Assembly (NCBI GenBank): GCA_963774955.1
Contig: CAVZGV010000003.1
Coordinates: forward strand, 320,771-384,770
DNA length: 64,000 bases
Direction of reading: 5' to 3'
From: Candidatus Falkowbacteria bacterium
Lineage (GTDB): Bacteria; Patescibacteriota; Patescibacteriia; CAIXNZ01
Made by a program: the position numbers and the translations under genes. The notes below the pieces were generated by a model that made no database searches, was not told the DNA's origin, and worked only from the letters and a program-made list of their open reading frames with translations. Positions 59,429-64,000 of this stretch are shown one piece after another; within the stretch, counting starts at the first letter, position 1; the number at the start of each line of letters is the position of its first letter.

Positions 59429-60952
59429 ATGAGTAACAAAGATTTAGTAATCGAATCATTAAAACAGCAAATTAAAGATTTTAAAACCGGTTTGAAAGTC
59501 GAAAAAACCGGTACGGTCGTGGAAGTCGGCGACGGTATTGCCAGGATTTCAGGCTTATCTGATTGTATGTCATCGGAAATGTTGGAATTCCAGACCAAAG
59601 GCGAGCCAGTCTATGGCGTGGCTTTGAATCTGGAAGAAGATTCTGTCGGCGCCATTATTCTTGGTGATTATTTGGAGATTAAAGAAGGCGATACAGTCAA
59701 AACTACCGGCCGTATTTTAGAAGTTCCTGTGGGAGAATCTATGATTGGTCGTGTTATTAATCCCTTGGGGGAAGCTCTAGATGGCAAGGGTGATATTAAA
59801 ACTAAAAAGTTTTATCCGGTGGAAAAGATTGCTCCTCGCGTTATTACTCGTGAAGGCGTAAGACAACCTTTGCAAACCGGTATTAAGGCCATTGATGCTA
59901 TGATTCCGATTGGACGCGGCCAGCGTGAATTGATTATTGGTGATCGTCAGACTGGTAAGACCGCTATTGCTATTGATACTATTATTAATCAAAAAGGCCA
60001 GGATGTGATTTGTATTTATGTAGCTATTGGTCAAAAAGAATCTAAGATTGCCAAAATTGTAGCTGAATTGGAAAAACGAGGCGCTATGGATTATACTGTT
60101 GTGGTTTTGGCCGGAGCTTCTGACCCGGCTGCGTTATCATTTATTGCGCCTTATGCCGGCTGTGCTATCGGTGAATATTTTATGGATCAGGGTAAAGATG
60201 TTTTGGTTGTTTATGATGATTTATCCAAACATGCCGTGGCTTATCGTCAAATTTCTCTGCTTTTAAGACGACCGCCGGGACGTGAAGCTTATCCCGGTGA
60301 TGTTTTTTATTTGCATTCTCGACTTTTGGAACGCGCTGCAAAATTAAATAAAAATTATGGTGGTGGTTCATTAACGGCTTTGCCGATTATTGAAACTCAG
60401 GCCGGTGATGTTTCCGCTTATATTCCGACTAATGTCATTTCCATTACTGACGGTCAGATTTATCTGGAAAGTGATTTGTTTTATCAGGGTATTCGTCCGG
60501 CTTTAAATACCGGTATTTCAGTGTCTCGTGTCGGTTCAGCTGCGCAGATTAAAGCCATGAAAAAAGTGGCCGGCCACTTAAACTTGGATATGGCGCAATA
60601 TCGTGAAATGGCGGCTTTTGCTCAGTTTGGTTCTGATTTGGATGAAGCGACCAGAAAACAGATTATCCGCGGTCAGCGCATGCAGGAAATTTTAAAACAG
60701 GATCAGTATGTGCCTATGCCGGTTGCCAATGAAGTGGTAATTATTTATGCCGGAGTTAACGGTTATCTGGATGATGTGCCGGTAGAAAAGGTCTTAGAAT
60801 TTTGTACTGAATTTGATAAATATCTTAATATCTCAGGTAAAGATTTATTGCAGCAAATTGATAAGGAAAAAGATATCAGTGACGAATTGGCAGGGAAGTT
60901 GAAGGAATTGATTGATGATTTTAAAAAGACCCTTGATTACCTTATTAAATAA
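59429..60952 (+). CDS. atpA: ATP synthase subunit alpha
   Basis: [35 protein letters not shown]. Confidence 0.98.
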   Translation: MSNKDLVIESLKQQIKDFKTGLKVEKTGTVVEVGDGIARISGLSDCMSSEMLEFQTKGEPVYGVALNLEEDSVGAIILGDYLEIKEGDTVKTTGRILEVPVGESMIGRVINPLGEALDGKGDIKTKKFYPVEKIAPRVITREGVRQPLQTGIKAIDAMIPIGRGQRELIIGDRQTGKTAIAIDTIINQKGQDVICIYVAIGQKESKIAKIVAELEKRGAMDYTVVVLAGASDPAALSFIAPYAGCAIGEYFMDQGKDVLVVYDDLSKHAVAYRQISLLLRRPPGREAYPGDVFYLHSRLLERAAKLNKNYGGGSLTALPIIETQAGDVSAYIPTNVISITDGQIYLESDLFYQGIRPALNTGISVSRVGSAAQIKAMKKVAGHLNLDMAQYREMAAFAQFGSDLDEATRKQIIRGQRMQEILKQDQYVPMPVANEVVIIYAGVNGYLDDVPVEKVLEFCTEFDKYLNISGKDLLQQIDKEKDISDELAGKLKELIDDFKKTLDYLIK

Positions 60953-61066
60953 AGTTAGAACTAAGAACTAAAATGTAAGAACTGGAACTAAAAATTGATA
61001 ACTATTTGGTTTTAAGCTCTAAGTTATAGTTATTAGTTTTTACATTAAAGTTCTTAGTTAATTACT

Positions 61067-61969
61067 ATGCCTAATACGCGCGACATTAAACGTCGTATAA
61101 AATCAATCCATAATACCAAGAAAATCACCAAGGCCATGGAAATGGTCGCTTCTTCCAAAATGAGAAGAGCGGTGAATGGAGTTTTGGCCTCCAGGCCATA
61201 CTCTGATTTGGCGTGGCAGCTGATTTTAAATGTGGCCGGTAAAGTAAAGACAAAACATCATCGTCTTTTAGCCAGACGCAAAAAAATAAATTCCGTGGGT
61301 ATAGTTTTAATTACCTCCAATCGCGGTTTGTGCGGTTCATTTAATCAGCAGGTCATGAAATCAGCAGTGGAAATTATAAAAAAAGAAAAAGCTATTAAAT
61401 CTGAGCTGAACGTGGAAATAATTGGCGTCGGTAAAAAAGGTGCCCGCTCCATGTTTAGACAGGGTTATAACGTGGTGGCTGAGTTTGAGAAGCCTGATGT
61501 ACTTAAAAGTATTCTGGATATCAGACCGATGGCGAAGATGATTATGGCTGATTTTTTAAATAAAAAATATGACAAGGTTTATTTAATATATACGGATTAT
61601 GTTTCTGCCTTGAAGCAAATTCCGAGAGCTAAACAGATTTTACCGATTGAAACTACTCCGGATTTGTTTTTAGGCACCGTTAATGAACAAGAACAACAGG
61701 CGGTTAAACAATTTGATTATAAATTCGAACCGCCAGCTAAAGAAATTTTAGGTGAATTGCTCCCCAGGCTGTTAGCAGTTCAGATTTACCAGGCCTATTT
61801 GGAAAGTAATGCCTCTGAACATTCAGCCAGAATGTTGGCGATGAGAAATGCTTCTGACGCGGCCGGAGATATGATTTCTGAATTAACTTTAATCTTTAAC
61901 CAGGCGCGTCAAGCAGCCATTACTAAGGAAATAGCTGAAATTGCTGGCGGCAAAGCCGCTTTGGAATAA
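61067..61969 (+). CDS. atpG: ATP synthase subunit gamma
   Basis: KITKAMEMVA, RGLCG, ARQAAITKEIAEI. Confidence 0.97.
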   Translation: MPNTRDIKRRIKSIHNTKKITKAMEMVASSKMRRAVNGVLASRPYSDLAWQLILNVAGKVKTKHHRLLARRKKINSVGIVLITSNRGLCGSFNQQVMKSAVEIIKKEKAIKSELNVEIIGVGKKGARSMFRQGYNVVAEFEKPDVLKSILDIRPMAKMIMADFLNKKYDKVYLIYTDYVSALKQIPRAKQILPIETTPDLFLGTVNEQEQQAVKQFDYKFEPPAKEILGELLPRLLAVQIYQAYLESNASEHSARMLAMRNASDAAGDMISELTLIFNQARQAAITKEIAEIAGGKAALE

Positions 61970-62066
61970 GTTAAAGTGCTACAAAATTTAATAATTAAAA
62001 ATTAATATTATTAAATACTTAAAATCTTAAAACCTTAATAATATTTATAATCAATAACTAAATAAT

Positions 62067-63439
<1,373 letters not shown>

Positions 63440-63498
63440 CAAATGACAAAATCCAAATGACAAATAAATTTCAAATTACAAATTTTAAATAACAAATC

Positions 63499-63933
63499 AT
63501 GCCGGACAAAAAATTACAATTTAAAATCACCACCCCGGAACGGGAAGTCTTTAACGACCTTGTTGACCAGGTGACTATTCCGACTAAAGAAGGGGAGATT
63601 ACGGTTTTGCCGGAGCATATTCCGTTGGTAGCTATTTTAGTTACCGGTGTTTTGGTGGCTAAAAAAGATAAAGAAGATATTGATATAGCAGTGACCGGTG
63701 GATTCATTGAAGTTTTACCTGACAAGGTAACAATTTTGGCTGATTCAGCTGATTTGGCTCAGGATCTTGATGAACAGGCGGTGGTGGAGGCTCACAAGCG
63801 TGCTTTGGCCTTGAAAAATGAGAAACGTTTTGATGCTGAAGAGTTTTCAGCTTTAACAGCTCAAATTGAAAGGGAATTAGCCCGCTTAAAAGTTGTCAGA
63901 AAGAAAAAGTATCGTAATTTACCTAATAAATAA
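63499..63933 (+). CDS. atpC: ATP synthase subunit epsilon
   Basis: ITTPE, GEITVLPEHIP, GGFIEV, TILAD. Confidence 0.95.
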   Translation: MPDKKLQFKITTPEREVFNDLVDQVTIPTKEGEITVLPEHIPLVAILVTGVLVAKKDKEDIDIAVTGGFIEVLPDKVTILADSADLAQDLDEQAVVEAHKRALALKNEKRFDAEEFSALTAQIERELARLKVVRKKKYRNLPNK

Positions 63934-64000
63934 TCGTTTATAGGTTATCAGTATCGGTGTCCGTTACGATAATCGTTAAACGTATAGTATTGAAAATATA

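Overview
AT-rich bacterial chromosome segment. Gene content and style point to a Patescibacteria/CPR (Parcubacteria-like) organism: core genes mostly lack Shine-Dalgarno motifs, and CPR-typical genes are present (sigma70-r4/HARE-HTH protein, VirD4/TraG-like ATPase). This assignment is inference. Core content is secA, secD (with two inserted parvulin domains), secF, a pentose-phosphate/glycolysis cluster (rpiB, rpe, split transketolase, fba, pfkB-family kinase), rsmI, metG, tatD, rnhB and a complete F1Fo ATP synthase operon. The main finding is an array of seven genes (46429-56088) that share a conserved ~70-aa helical N-terminal module (LAMARxxLGxVKEMxLTxEQKEK...KALxxY). The module is fused to unrelated C-terminal binding scaffolds: 2 WD40, 2 LRR, a TolB-like propeller, a HEAT-like repeat and a possible CLec-like domain. 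This suggests a modular adaptor or effector system. The window also holds a six-copy composite palindromic repeat family with one copy split by an IS256-like element, a RAYT with its own REPs, and a GxxExxY gene inside an oligomer hairpin with many empty relatives. Other features are 30-bp double hairpins inserted in frame into tatD and rpe, and a minus-strand array of self-contained promoter-SD-gene-terminator cassettes. Frameshifts in secA, rnhB, atpB and atpD look like consensus artefacts. No rRNA, tRNA or CRISPR array was seen.
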